From the human T2T-CHM13v2.0 reference genome, Homo sapiens: a DNA stretch of 64,000 nt. Location of the stretch: NCBI RefSeq assembly GCF_009914755.1, contig NC_060926.1; one strand, 5' to 3'. A program made the translations under genes and the position numbers. The notes below the pieces were generated by a model. The model was not told the DNA's origin, made no database searches, and saw nothing but the letters and a program-made list of their open reading frames with translations. Shown here in pieces: positions 1 through 17,559 of this stretch (position 1 is its first letter; each line of letters starts with the position of its first letter).

Positions 1-4600
<4,600 letters not shown>

Positions 4601-6367
4601 AAATATGCAAAAACATATTTCATCCCCTCCCCCTCTTCTGACTTGCTTTGGACTGAAGGAAAGAGGCCTGGCAAGAATCTGGTCTAGGTGTCTTAGCTGG
4701 ATCTGAAGGAACCACCCTCTGTGTCTGGTGTGACAATGACTGCCAGCACAGGTGGGAACCCAGACCCAAGCCACTTAACACCTCTGAAGGAACTGGTGCC
4801 TTGGAGGTCATCCTAAGCTCTCATCTGAGAGCCTGCAGGGCAAGAATGAGCTTTTCCATTTCATTTTCAATTGCTTTGACAGCTTATACTTATCCTCCTC
4901 AACTTGCTTTTTGTTTCTACACTGTCAAAAGGGTGTCTCCAAGCAGCATTTGAGATGCAGTTCTTCTCCTTTTGTTAGTTTTGATTAAAGGGAACGAGGA
5001 GCTCTGAGTAGGGCAGCAAATTCCTAATTGTTCCCTGCCAGTTCACTCACTGGCCCTTCTGGGACCTCAGCTGCAGCCTGTGCTAGCCTCAAAGGAGTCC
5101 CAGACTGAGCCGCAGACCCTCCGCTCCCCATTCCTGCACTGCTGTGGCTGAAGAACTCTTTCTTCCGATGGCTAGGTCCTGCTCACCCTAGAGGGCCCTC
5201 CTAGACCACACTACCTAAACCAGTCTCCTCACATGGCAAAGTCTGGAATTGTTACTACTTATTTGTTATGACTTGTTCTTAGCTTGCCATCCGTCTCTCC
5301 CACCACAGCGTATGCTCCTTAAGGAGGAGGAGGTCTGCGTTACAACCTGGCATCTGCCCAGGGGTATAGTAGGAGCTGGAACACTGGAAAAGATGAGATT
5401 TTGAAATGCCTATGGGATGTGGCTTCTAGAAGTTAAATCACAGATAAGGAAATACGTAGAAGACAAGGGAAAGATGAGGAAGGAAGAAAAGTCTTAAATT
5501 AAGAACAAAATTATGAGCATGGAAAGACTACATTTTTTATTCTGCAGACCAAACACCAGGATACAATCTACCTTTAACTCTGCTGTATTTTCAGCAGTCT
5601 CTAAACTCACTGAAACCACATGGATTTAGGTTAGGGAGAAGGAATTCCTTAAAATAAAGCTGCTGAGACCCTAGCAAGGGACCAAATGAAGTCTTTTTGG
5701 AAAATCTCTTAAGGGCAGGCACTTTTCTTTCTGGAACAATGAAGAGTAACTGCCCAAATGCAGGAAGGAAAAACAGGGAAAACCGAAATTCAGTTGAGTG
5801 TTGGGTGTTAGGAGGTGCCAGGCCTGGTGCTGGATGTTTCAAATTTCTCACCTGACGCAACGGAATTCACCAATGAGGAAACTGAGGCTGGGAGGGATTA
5901 GGTCATTGCCAAAAAATACAGCTGGTAAGTGGTAAATGTAGGATTCGAATCCAAGCCTGTGACACTTCAAAGTTCTCTCTTCCCACACAGCTTCTTGAGG
6001 TCCCTCCCCACCCTAAGATTGGCAGGAAAGAAGATTCTATATCTGAATCCACAACAAATGCTGTTTCCAAGTGGCCCTTGATACGGACTGATGGAGTCAT
6101 TTTGTGAGTTAATGTGCTTACTAAGTGTTAGGAAAACTAAAGTGATGTGATGTCTTAAAACAATTAATTAGACCTCAAGATGGGCCACAGAAAAACGCAA
6201 TCTTCAGCTACCTAGACGCCACACTTCACTGCCAGATCACACTCTGTCTTGTTATTTCCCTTCACAGACCAGAGGAAAACCAAAAAACTGCTGTTTTTTA
6301 GTGGCTACTTTTGAGGTGAACATATATCTCACGTTAGCCTTAATGTGCTACCCAGCCTTCCTCTTAC

Positions 6368-6481
6368 CTCCTTGAACTCTTTCACAGTCTTAAAGTATAG
6401 CCTCTGCTTTTCTAACAGCTCCAAGTACTGGTCGTTCAACTGGTCTCTTCTCATTTTGTTCTCTTGCTTTTTCTTTTCCAT
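6368..6481 (-). CDS. CCDC93: CCDC93 coding exon (~exon 23), 114 nt: [38 protein letters not shown]
   Basis: Acceptor tttcaacag|ATG, donor GAG|gtaaga; peptide visible in ORF 6329..6550. Confidence 0.95.
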
Positions 6482-6739
6482 CTGTTGAAACATTGTGGGA
6501 AATGGTGACGAAAAGACATGTTCTGCCCAAGGGCTACTGGCAACATCCAAAAGGCAACAGTTGTTAACAGTTTCATGGATTTCCTTACAGTAGAGGAAGC
6601 TTCAATATATAATTTTTGAGGTTGGTTAATTTATTTGCATATTACATGGAGGCTCTACAATTTATTCAGCAATTTTTCTATCACTGAGTATTAACTGTTT
6701 CCATTTTTTTTTCTCACTACAATTTCACAATGGACAGGT

Positions 6740-6955
6740 TGGTGATTCTCAACTAGGAGCTATTTTGCCCCCCATCCCCCACCCGGCAGTGTCTGGAGAC
6801 AGTTTTGATTGTCACAACTGCGAGAAGTGGGTGCTACTGGAATCACTGGGTAGAGGCCAGCAATGCTGCTAAACATCCTACATTGCACAGGACACCCCCA
6901 CAGCAAAGAATTATCTAGCCCGAAATGTTAACTGTGCTGAGGCTGAGAAACCCTG
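6740..6955 (+). mobile_element. MER20 (hAT-Charlie MITE)
   Basis: TGTCTGGAGACA..GGGTAGAGGCCAG..TGCTGCTAAACATCCTACA..GAGAAACCCTG. Confidence 0.85.
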
Positions 6956-8379
6956 ATTTAAAAACTGTGCTCATATAATAAAACCGTGTATCCTCTTTTG
7001 ATTTAATGTAAGTATTTCCATGTCATTATAAATTTTCTACAAATTATCATTTTAAAAACAATACAATATTCCTGCTGATTGCTAACTTACCCATCTTCCT
7101 GCTGGTAGACAATTTAGGATATTTTCAGGATTTTGATCTCATAAATAGATGCTAGGCTTTGATTTAAAGAGACTTTTCTAAGGTATCCAAAAGCTTATTC
7201 ATTCAACAAACATTGACTTAGAACCTACTGAGTAGCTACGTGTAGTGGTGAACATGGCAAAGTCACTGCTCTCACAGAGCATACATTCTAGAGATTCACA
7301 TTAAGCAAGCACCCTGACAAACAGACACACAAAATATTCGCAACACTGATCGGTCCTGTGAGGAAAATGACACGGGGGGAGGTGACGGAGAGGAGGGTGG
7401 GTGCATGGCCTCCTCAGCCTGGAAGCTCAGAGAGGCTCTCTGAGGACACTAGAGCAGGGCTGGCAATGCTATGTGCTGTATGTCTGGAAGGTAAACCCAG
7501 AGAATCAGCCAGGAAATGAGGGCAGTAAGAGTTACGGTACAGACCGGGTGCCTGACTCATGGCCGGTGCTCAAAAGCTTGTTGAATCAAATTCTGAGAGA
7601 TGCTTTGCTGTGGCTTTGCTGATGCCTGACCATGATTTCTGTGTTACACTTTGGGAGGGATTTGGTAAACACAAGCTATAGGTAAAATTGACTGCATTTT
7701 ATTCAGTAGTTCCCTCCACACTATAGGCTTCTGTTGACTACACAGGACAAATGCAACTTGGTGTCCCCAAGGCCTATCCCAATGCTGTTCAGAGAAAGAC
7801 CCACCACATATGGGGACTGATTTGCCTAGTCAAATCCTGACCTTGCATTCAGTTCCTGAGTCCCAAGACCCTGTGCCCTGCTCTTTCCACAGGTCTGCAT
7901 ACGGATGCCTGGTGCACACCCATGCTAGGTCTCCAGTTTGGTGCCCTCCCTTGTGCCTAGGTCTCCCAGAGTGGCCAGTCCCCTCTGGGGTGTCCTACCA
8001 CACTTGGAGCCCTGGCTCAGCAGCAAGTCCTGATCCCTGTCGATGGAACCCCTAATGCTGCCTGCATGGGTCTCTGACACCCACTCATGATCCTGTCACA
8101 GTGACACACCAGCCCACCGCAGTTCCCACTACTGTTCCTTCGTGGGCTCCAACTCTCAAAGCAGCAGACATCTTTTCTGCTGCACTGGCTAGGACCTCAC
8201 AGCTAGGTCCCTCTCTCTTATTAGGACAGCCAGCAGCTCTATCTCAGGCCTTTCCTCTCTGCTCTGCACTTTAGCAAAACACTTCACCGTGACTGATTAT
8301 GTCCTAGTGAGGTAGCAATGCGCTTGAATTATGAATTTATCCAGGATCCACTGTGGGAGTTAGTGTGGCAACCTAGAAA

Positions 8380-8592
8380 TAGTATGAGCTTGAGGCCAGA
8401 AAGGCTGGGTTCAAATCCTAGTTCTGCCACTCACTGTGTATCCTTGGACAGCTAATTTAACTTTTTTGAATGCTACGTCCTTTAGCTAAAATAAGAATAT
8501 CACCTAGATAACCAGTTTTGTTACAAGAAGCTTGGGACATGAAATGGTAAGTGAATGATCCATCACCTGGTCTATAGTAGCTGCTCAATAAA
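8380..8592 (+). mobile_element. MIR
   Basis: CTGGGTTCAAATCCTAGTTCTGCCACTCACTGTGTATCCTTGGACA. Confidence 0.7.
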
Positions 8593-9427
8593 GACCATTT
8601 TTCTTCTCAACATTTCACATCCTAGAATGCCAACTCACTATGAGAAGCAGGAGTTGACTCTTTGATTTAAGCTTCATTTTCACACTCTTCTCAGTGTCCC
8701 CTTACTCAGACGTACCATTGTTATTCCCTCCTTATCACCTCTTCACACCCTAGGTCTGTGAAGTGCTTGTGCCAAGCACTTGCTCACAGTATTCCAGAGA
8801 TCCAGAGACCTTAACTCCTCTGAGTGAGGTCAAAATGCTGACTGATATGTGACCTCTTCTTTACTCAGAAACCCTCAGACGGGGCATAAACACCTATTCG
8901 GTCATTGTTACCCAGCGCTGGTCTACTATGTAACACTCTGAACCTGCTGGTTCTGAGAAACCTGTGCTTGAGAGGACAGACTCCCCTGCCACATCTATGA
9001 GAGCAGGACCCATTAAGGCACTGTTACAGGGAAAGCTTTTTTTTTTTTTTAAACAAACACAATAAAACACATCCATCCAAGTGACTGCTGTTCCATTCAC
9101 AGTGTCTATCAACATTCAACATTCAAAGCGTATCTGGAGCCCTCTCTGAGAACTGCTCTTTGACTCTGTTGAAAGAATTCACTCATTCAGCAAATAGTCC
9201 TTGAGGGCCTAACCATGGGTTAGGTGCTACATCAGCCACCAGGGATGCAGACCAGAGAAAGAGAGCCCACTCTGCCCTGGGTGCCATTGACCCATTTGGC
9301 ACCCACCATGGAGGGGAGAGACAGATACAGCAGCGCCTTTCCACACTGGTCAGCACTGAGGGGCCAAGAGCATGAAGCCTCCTCGGGGAGAGTGAAGAGA
9401 GTGAAGGGGTGAGGCCCATTTCTTCCC

Positions 9428-9578
9428 CTGCTTTGGCTCATAGTCAACAACAGGAATTCATGGAGTTTTTTCCTTTGGCCTCCACTTCCTGTTTACACTG
9501 CTCTCTGTAAACACGAAGCAGAAGTCAAAGGAAAAAACCCCATGAATTCCTGTTGTTCTTGACTATGAACCAGAGCAG
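9428..9578. repeat. Long imperfect inverted repeat (70/73-nt arms, 8-nt loop)
   Basis: 9428-9497 is the reverse complement of 9506-9578 with 8 mismatches and one 3-nt bulge (manual alignment). Confidence 0.95.
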
Positions 9579-10825
9579 CTTCCTGCAGAGCAATGGCAAG
9601 GTGGAAGCGTCTAACACACTGACACCTGGGTTGTCAGAGGCTTTTGGTCAGCCAGGTTCTCTGCCCTCCACCTACTCATACCCCAGGTCACTGAGAGGGG
9701 ACTGCATTCTCCCTCTGCAAGACAGCCTATCCTGGCTTGGGTGAGTGTGCATATATAGGCAAACACTGACTTATGTCGTTCTCATTTTTACGGCTGAATA
9801 GTCTTGAGAAATCGTGCTTGTTACTAGTGATACTTTTTTTCTCCTCCTTTGACATCGTTTTATTGAAGTCATTCACAGAGAGATTAATGATATTTTTCTA
9901 CAGGGAAAGGGATATGGAGCACTTCTGCCCTTAGCTCATCTCTTGTGAGATGAGATTACAGGCAACTTGAATGTTTGTCTTCTGTAACAGGGTTTTTTAT
10001 GATGACAGGACCTATGGACAATTCTTTCTTTCTCATGTGTTTACATTCTGGCATCACTCACTGGAGCCCTCTGCCCCAAGATCGTAAGAGGAGAAACCCA
10101 ACGTCCCCGGAAGATTTTACTGCCATGTCGGAGAACCACTCTGGTGTGATACATTTTTAAAACAGGACCATAAGCAAGAGATATTTGGAGGTACTGTTTA
10201 GGATTCATCTGAGAATGGTGGTAGGAAACTGCAGCTGTCTCTGTAGGAAAATCCCATGCTGCACCCTGACTGAGTGGGGCCTCTCTGTTCTCTTCAGACT
10301 TCTGAGACTCAATTTCCTCTCAATTTGGCAGAACTCAGTTCAGCAATGATTTCTCTTTTTTAGAGGGTTCCTGAAAACCAAAATGCTCTCGAGATCCTAA
10401 GATTCCTAAGGAATGAATCTCTTGTGGCGGAATGTCAGGTACCACAGATCCACCGAGGAAGTGAATCTAGTCAAGAGCGGAAGCCTGCTGGTGAAAGGTG
10501 GTCTCCTCATCTGTAAAATGGGTGTGATACTGTTCACTTCAGAGGTCTTTTAGGAATGTCAGCACAATGCTTGGTACACAATAGGTGTTCAATACCTGGG
10601 AGCTACTGCTAACAGCAACTTTGGAACCCCTGGGTGTAGGCAGCTCATGAGACAGGCCCTGCCCATTACAGAGTAAGACGCATAGTGGGAATACCTCTGT
10701 AGAAATGTGTCTTTTCAGGATTGAGGGCACACTCCCCAACTACCAGAAGAGGCCTTTTCTTCCCAGGACCTTCCCTGTCACCACTATAAAACCTGGGCTG
10801 CATTACAGAAAAGAAGCCATCTGAC

Positions 10826-10910
10826 CTTCATTCTACTTTGCTTAATTCCTTCCACAATCTGTTCCATCTGACGTAAAAACTGGTCCCGGGCAGCAGGGGA
10901 GGCCATGGCC
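10826..10910 (-). CDS. CCDC93: CCDC93 coding exon (~exon 22), 85 nt: G+[28 protein letters not shown]
   Basis: Acceptor tttcag|G, donor AAG|gtcaga. Confidence 0.94.
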
Positions 10911-11435
10911 CTGAAAGAAAAACCAGTAGAGTTATGACCGGCACACAGGACTCTGAGGCAGGGGGAAATGCCAAGCAGTCAGCTCTGTATCCAGATTATG
11001 ACTCTTAGGAGAGGCAATCAGGTCTTTGTAACGCACAGTGGAGCCACGGGGGCCCCTGGGATCCCAGGCAATTAAGGATGCTAAACCTCTGAGAAGGCAT
11101 GGAAATTAGCCTGGTCTTATAATTGCATGTTAATCTTTTTTGTCATACTTTCCCTGTAACTTTCATAACTAATATGTATTTTCTTGCAGTAAAATGTGAC
11201 TAAAATTAACAAAAACATTATTTATTTGAAATACGGCATGTACTGCATAAGTAATGAATTTCATTTGGTTTACAAAATTTGAGGATTGGCAGATACTTGA
11301 AACTGGGAGACATATTCTGAGATTTCCTAAAACCAGGGGAAGCTGTGGTTTTTTGTTTTTTTTTTTAAGAAAAGAAGCTTAAAATCTAGAACCTGTAACT
11401 CAATAAGATGTCAGTCACAATGTGTCCCCTGTCAT

Positions 11436-11514
11436 CTGCCAGAGGACAGCAGAGATTTGTGCCAGAGAGAAGGGCCTGCCAGAGGACAGCAGAGATTTGT
11501 GCCAGAGAGAAGGG
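11436..11514. repeat. Tandem duplication, period 40
   Basis: CTGCCAGAGGACAGCAGAGATTTGTGCCAGAGAGAAGGG occurs twice, identical. Confidence 0.95.
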
Positions 11515-12032
11515 AAGCATGCTCTCCAAGGAGCAAGTCCTGGGGCTGCTGGATGGTGGGTGGGCAAATGGACATGCTTGAGGGCTTGATTTGGGAACAG
11601 GTGGGCCTTGACATCTAGTTTTTAGAGAACAATGTACACATTAACCAAAAAAAATCTACCATGAGATTTAAAAAATCTAAAAAATTATATAAATTCCATT
11701 ATGTAAATTTTAAAGCATCTCTATGTGTTCATTAACAAATATTAATTTGATAACATACAGAGAGATTTTAGTAGGTGGGTACAGTCAAAGTATTTGAAAG
11801 TTAACTTTTTTCGTCAGCTCTTCCTTCACTCTACTATCATTATAGTTTTGCAGGTACTCAAGGAGAGTGTAAACAAGATACTTAGCAGAAGGGCTAAAAG
11901 AGTAAGAATCACATACCCAGTGTTAAGTCTTGCATGTACCTTTGTCAAGCACATTATAGCAATGTGAGGTGGGCTGAATTCAAAGCGCAGGCCGGCAGGG
12001 TATTAGTGGGAAGGAGGACTGACAGTACTTAC

Positions 12033-12070
12033 TGTGAGAAGTTCTCATGAATTGAGTTCAGCAGACTAAT
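12033..12070 (-). CDS. CCDC93: CCDC93 coding exon (~exon 21), 38 nt: ISLLNSIHENFS+CA
   Basis: Acceptor ttccccag|ATT, donor CA|gtaagt. Confidence 0.93.
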
Positions 12071-13747
12071 CTGGGGAAGTAAAAAAACAAACGAAATTAT
12101 AAGACAGGCAAAAAGATTTCCACACTACTGCAACTGCTGCAAGCTTGGCTGTCTCCACATACTGCTTCTGCAAGGAACACATGCCTTGTTTATGAAGATT
12201 AAAGTAACATATGAAAAAAAAATTAGCCACATGTTCTGTCTCACAGATTTCCTCAGGGAATCCACCTTCTTCTCACAGAAAATTCCCTCTTCCTACAGGG
12301 CATTCCCACAGGAATGTAGGGAGAAGGTGCTTTGAAGGGAACTGGATCCCAGCTGAGAGGACACTAAGCTAACACTAGGGCTCTCTAGGCAAACTGCCAC
12401 CACAGCCCTTTCTATCTTGCCAAACACTGCACTTTATTTTCAAGGATAACAGCTTACGGGAGTCAGACAGTGTGGAAAGTGAGAGTCATTTACACCCTAT
12501 TCCTTCCCACAGAATCTTCTCGCCAATGCAGCAAGCTAAGCTGCTGGGTGGCTGAGTGCCTCCAAGGGGATGCACTGTTCAAGGCCCCGTGGACACTGCC
12601 TTAGCCCCGCAGCAAATCCTCTTATCTGCCCCAATGATACAGTCCTGGGAAGGGCTCTGAGGCAGGAGTAAGGAAACCTGGGTCATCTTTCTGGCCATAA
12701 AACTACTCAATTTGGGGCCTCAGAACTAAGTAATTACCATATGTGAACTTTAGGTTCACAGTCAGCAATGTAGAATATTTCTTGTCCTTAGTACTCCACA
12801 GGAAGGTTTTAAACTATCACAGGCATAAATCCATTTAAAATAAAATACCAAATTTATTCAAATGTAACATTCTAACTGGTAACATGGCTTGGAATTAGAA
12901 AGCCCAGCTCCCCAGTCTGCCTCGCAATATTCCTAGTTTTTAAACAGTGGAACAACTTTAAACACTGCTGATGAAGGAAGGTCAATGGGGTTTAAGGTCT
13001 TTGGGAAGGGGCTGGCCTATCCCTAAGTCAGGGTTGGCAAATCTTTCCTTTGCCAGGTAGGAGGGCCCCAAGGCCAGGATGTGGGACAGAGCTATTCCCC
13101 AGGTCTGATGCAAATCCCATGAAATGCATTCATCTATTCAAACATTTATCAAATGTCTGTTATACGCCTACCACTGTGTAAGCCCCGGATACAGAAAAAA
13201 ATAAAACAGCTTCCCAAGGAGCACCCTCTAGGATGACAGAGATCTACCTGGTTTGTCTGACAGCAGGCAGTAAAGGTGACAGTAATTACAGATGCCTCAA
13301 TTTGGGTTCAGGTAAAAGATACATTTGTAATATTATCCTTATTAAAGTGGTAATTAGTGTAGACTACAAGGTGACAAAATGAAAACACATTCTATCAACC
13401 TCAAGGTGAGGGGGAGGGTAGGAACAAGTATGTACTGAGAATCCACCATGTGTAAGGAACTTTACATTTTCTCATTCTGTCCGCATTATAATCATCATCA
13501 ATGCAATTAGGTGTCATCCCCATTTTACAGGTGAGAAAAAAGAGGCCACATTAAAACCCAAATAAACCCAAATCTGACTGACGCCAAAGCCCATGTTCTC
13601 TTCAGGACACTATGCTGCCATGGTGAAGACCAGGACTGTTCTCTTTTTTAAATTAAGACATATCTGCATACTGTGCTCCAACCGTTTGTCATCAACTTGG
13701 GAAAGCCCTGAGCCATTAATTTAACCTGAGTTTTTAAATGTTAAAAA

Positions 13748-13901
13748 GAGATATACCTAATGCTAGATGACGAGTTAGTGGGTGCAGCGCACCAGCATGG
13801 CACATGTATACATATGTAACTAACCTGCAAATGTGCACATGTACCCTAAAACTTAAAGTATAATAATAAAAGAAAAAAAAGACAAGAAAAAAAAAAAAAA
13901 A
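13748..13901 (+). mobile_element. Heavily 5'-truncated L1PA2-type 3' end with poly(A) tail
   Basis: GAGATATACCTAATGCTAGATGACGAGTTAGTGGGTGCAGCGCACCAGCATGG...AAAACTTAAAGTATAATAA; candidate TSD AAAAAGA at 13743-13749 and 13897-13903. Confidence 0.88.
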
Positions 13902-14358
13902 GACGAAGGGAGTGACAGTGACCCTTTCACCCCTGCTTTGAATTTTACAAACCTTTTAGTTCACGCCTTTGTCGGCCACTGATGATTAAACAGGTATTTT
14001 CTCCCTGTAAACTATAACAAGCCCACCACCCCCATTTCATTCAGCTGGTTCCTCCCTTCCTTTAAATCTCAGACTAGTCTCACCAACTCCAGAGCTTCCA
14101 TTGTGTTCCTTTTAACAATGGCATTTCCCCCACAGCACTCTAGAATGGCTGTCTACCAGTCTCACTTCACAGCAGACAGTCTGGGTTCCCAAGGAATCTT
14201 GCACTTTCTGACTGGGTATGCCAGCACTTAGCATATAAAATAGGCACTCTTTCTGCTAATGCTGAACATACCTGTCCCAAACATCAAGTTCATTTGACTT
14301 CCTGGAGTCAACTGCACTGTTAGCTGCTTAGCCATTTTCTTTTTATAAATGTTCTTAC

Positions 14359-14441
14359 CTCTTTTTCCAAATAAACCTTTTTATCATCCAGGGTATTATA
14401 TAAAGTGAAGAACTGCTTGGTTTCTTTGTGCACTGCTGAAA
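14359..14441 (-). CDS. CCDC93: CCDC93 coding exon (~exon 20), 83 nt: TT+[27 protein letters not shown]
   Basis: Acceptor ttttacag|TT, donor GAG|gtaaga; peptide visible in ORF 14320..14580. Confidence 0.95.
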
Positions 14442-15149
14442 CTGTAAAAGTAAAGAAATCAGCACACGAATAAGAACAGGTATCAGAACACCCTACCTGC
14501 CCCTCTCCTCCATGAATGCACTGCCAGGACAACTTTGTCAGGCCTGGGAGCTCACTCTGCAGAAACCCCACAGCGTGCAAACTGAATTGCCTGGGAAGCT
14601 TTTAACAAGTCTCAGGACCAATGAAAGGAGAATGTTGAAGGTGGGACCCAGGTGGTGACAGTGAGTACCCAAAGTTGAGAATTACTCCCATAAATGAACC
14701 AGCCACCCTTACCTCATCCAGCCAAAGAACTGGGTGGGGGTTGTAGATATTTGATAATAACACATTGATACAGGTATTTTGATGTAACTGCTTGAAAATG
14801 TCCTTAGTGTAAACATGTCTTTATCAGATGATTTTAACCTGTGTGAAATTTGTTCTGTGAAATAAATAGATGCAGGTATTATTATTGCTAAAAGCTTTGA
14901 AACAAGCAGGAATAGAAAAGTAAAGGGAAAGATTTAACTTAAAGCAGAAACTACTTTCTGCTGAAAACTGTCACTGCTGATCCCTGCCTCTGATCATTTG
15001 AGTCCAGTGTGAGGACTGGATGAAATCCCAGCCTAGTGGGGCCGGGCACATGAAGGAAGTGTGATCTGATCTCCTCCAATAGAGCCAGTGCTCTACCAGG
15101 AAGGATGCTGGAGAGGCCAAGTCCTCAAGGCAAAATCTTAGGTGGATTT

Positions 15150-15950
15150 TGAAATACCAAGTGGGAATTGTAGGATAATGGCACTATGGACTCAGGTACC
15201 AGCTCACAGGCCAAGATGCAGATGTGCAAGAGGGGTGAAGCTGGGTGAAGTGGGCCAAGACGATGCAGGACTTAGTATTGTGTATTTAGGATTCTAAAGA
15301 TTACCCAAGAAGTTGCAGGGAGCCTAAGTATTACAGCTTTTAGAGTAAAATGATCAAATATATGTTGAAAGAGATCTAATTAGACTCTGGGCAGCAAAGG
15401 AAGGTGGCTACAGCGCAGTCCAGAAGAAATAGACTTGAAAATTACTAAGACACAGAATTGGCGAGCAGCTTGAGTCAGAGAAGAAAGAGGGGTCCAGTTT
15501 GCCTAAGAGGAATACGGAGTAGGAGGGCCGAATTCAATTTTGTACCTGTTGAGTTTGAGGTATCATGGGGACATACAAGAGTAGGAGCCTGGAGAAGAGG
15601 TGGTCACTTCTTGCCTGGGGTGGGGTGCCTAGAATAGGTTTACAGGATCTGAATTGGGTATTGAAGAATTTAGCCTGACAGAAGAAAAAGGATCCAGGCA
15701 CCAGGAACAGGAGGAGTCAAGGCTAAGACGTCAAAGCTCATGGTTTGTTCAGAGGCAGTGTGTGGACTGGCAAGGCCAGAGTGAGGGTTCAGATCAGGAA
15801 AGGGGCCTCCAGGCAGGCCACTCAGACTGGGGAGGAACCCAGGCATGGTAAAGAAAGAGGCTCTATTCAGTAAGGCCTGAGGAGTTCCTGAAGATTTGTT
15901 AGCAGAGAGAGAAGTGACAGAATCAGATGTGTGGCTAGGGGACTTGGAGG
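15150..15950 (-). mobile_element. L2 fragment
   Basis: GAATTCAATTTTGTACCTGTTGAGTTTGAGGT..GGGACAT in purine-rich context; boundaries approximate. Confidence 0.5.
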
Positions 15951-16518
15951 CACTGCAGCTAATGGTCATTTAGCTGAGATATGATGCAAGAGCAGATGTG
16001 GCAGGAATGTTAGGAAGAAAAAGGCAATGGCAGCCTTGAGGGCCATTCTGAGCCTCATGAGACATGATCTCTTATTCAGGCTGAGGGGGTCATGGTCCTG
16101 GGTTACTGGGTGAATATGATGCTGTTAAGGGTTAAGGACCACATCAGCAACAAAGTCTGTAGAGAAGAACAATGAATGAGGACTGATCTCTAGACACCAG
16201 GGTCACGATGTTCCGTGTGAAGTTGGAAAGTGGTGTGGGAGCTCAGGGGAAGGCTGTGTGGCTGACCAGGATGAGGGCTGCTTTGAAGCTTTAGTCTAAG
16301 AGCTCAACTGGTTCAACTATCTGTCCACGGAGAGGGCAGTGAGAGCACCACAGTGCTGCTCCCGGGACTGCCAAGTGGGCCTGCTGATGAAACGGAGCTT
16401 TCCGGTGGTGGCCTTTGTGGACTGTGCTCTGGTGCATGCTCCCCCATGCTAAAGTGGAACAGACCCCTCGCCTGTCCCTTCCCAGCCTCAAGAGCTTGTC
16501 TGTGGTCAATGCACCTAC

Positions 16519-16627
16519 TCTGGCGGTAGAGTTCAATAAATCTCTTCTGATACTGTATTAGCTCGGCACGGCTAGGGACTTCATCAATCTTGCGGTGCAA
16601 AATTGCTATTTCTCGATTTCTTCGAGC
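16519..16627 (-). CDS. CCDC93: CCDC93 coding exon (~exon 19), 109 nt: [36 protein letters not shown]+A
   Basis: Acceptor catttag|GCT, donor CAGA|gtaggt; peptide visible in ORF 16313..16600. Confidence 0.95.
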
Positions 16628-17559
16628 CTAAATGCAAAAGGGAGACAGAGACAGTACTATTTGGTAAAAGGCCTTACATGTTCTCTAGGGAGCCAAAATA
16701 TTGCCTGCACCCCGACCTGAGCCCAACCATGCGCCCTACAATGCAGGCACAAACTCCTGCCATGGGCTTAAAGGTCCCCATCTCAGATTTGGATTGACTT
16801 TCCCGCTTTCCTAGGAGTGGGAGGTGGTGTGACTGTGAACTGAATCACAGAAGGCACCAAATGAGTGGACCAGGAGGGAAGATACTGAATGGGAAGGGCT
16901 TCTATGGACAGAGCCTGCAGCTACCCACCAGGCCCCCAAGGAGTCTAGAATAGCCAGCTCCACCCTGCCAGGCAGGGACAGGCAACAAAAGGAATGCTTC
17001 AGATGATGGGAAGCTATGCCACCTTGCCGCCTCCACATACATCCCAAATTCCTCATCCTGGTTAAAAAGCTCCTGCAACCTACTCCTCAAATACTTTCTA
17101 GCATTTTCTCCCTTCCACAGACTCAGGAAACTGCCCTACTGACCGGGTCTGGGAGGCATGGCACTGCTGTGTGGTGTGGCATGGTGCAGGGGCAGCTGCA
17201 GGGAGAGCAAGCCGCTCACTTGTGCATGGCTCCCACTGAACACGTGTAGACTCCAGACCAAGCGGGCTCTGAGTGCTGCCTTTCTTCTGTGCCTGCATCC
17301 CTTTGTCCACCATATCCTCCCACTCTCCTGCCTGCTTCGCCTGCAGCAGCAGATGTGAATCTCTAATTCACTGGGGAAATAGGAGCCTCCTGGTGGGAAA
17401 CCCACATTCAGCTCTGGTGACCTAATCCAAAACTGGGTCTCTGCAGCTCCAGGGAGAGGGAAGGATGTATTTCTCCCTTAGGCCAAGGCTACGCTCCCCA
17501 TGGGTGCTCAGGCTCTGACTCCTGGTTTTCTTTCAGGAGTCTTAAGATACAACTCTTCA

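Noticed and set aside
4830-4860. GGGCAAGAATGAGCTT resembling the last-exon peptide GRKNEMLL
   Set aside because: It is on the wrong strand and does not encode the peptide. The terminal exon must lie left of the window.
8761-8781. 9-bp hairpin AAGTGCTTG-TGC-CAAGCACTT
   Set aside because: Too short to distinguish from chance in 64 kb.
12259-12329. Possible hairpin CACCTTCT...AGAAGGTG
   Set aside because: Only ~12/15 pairing with a large loop; compatible with chance.
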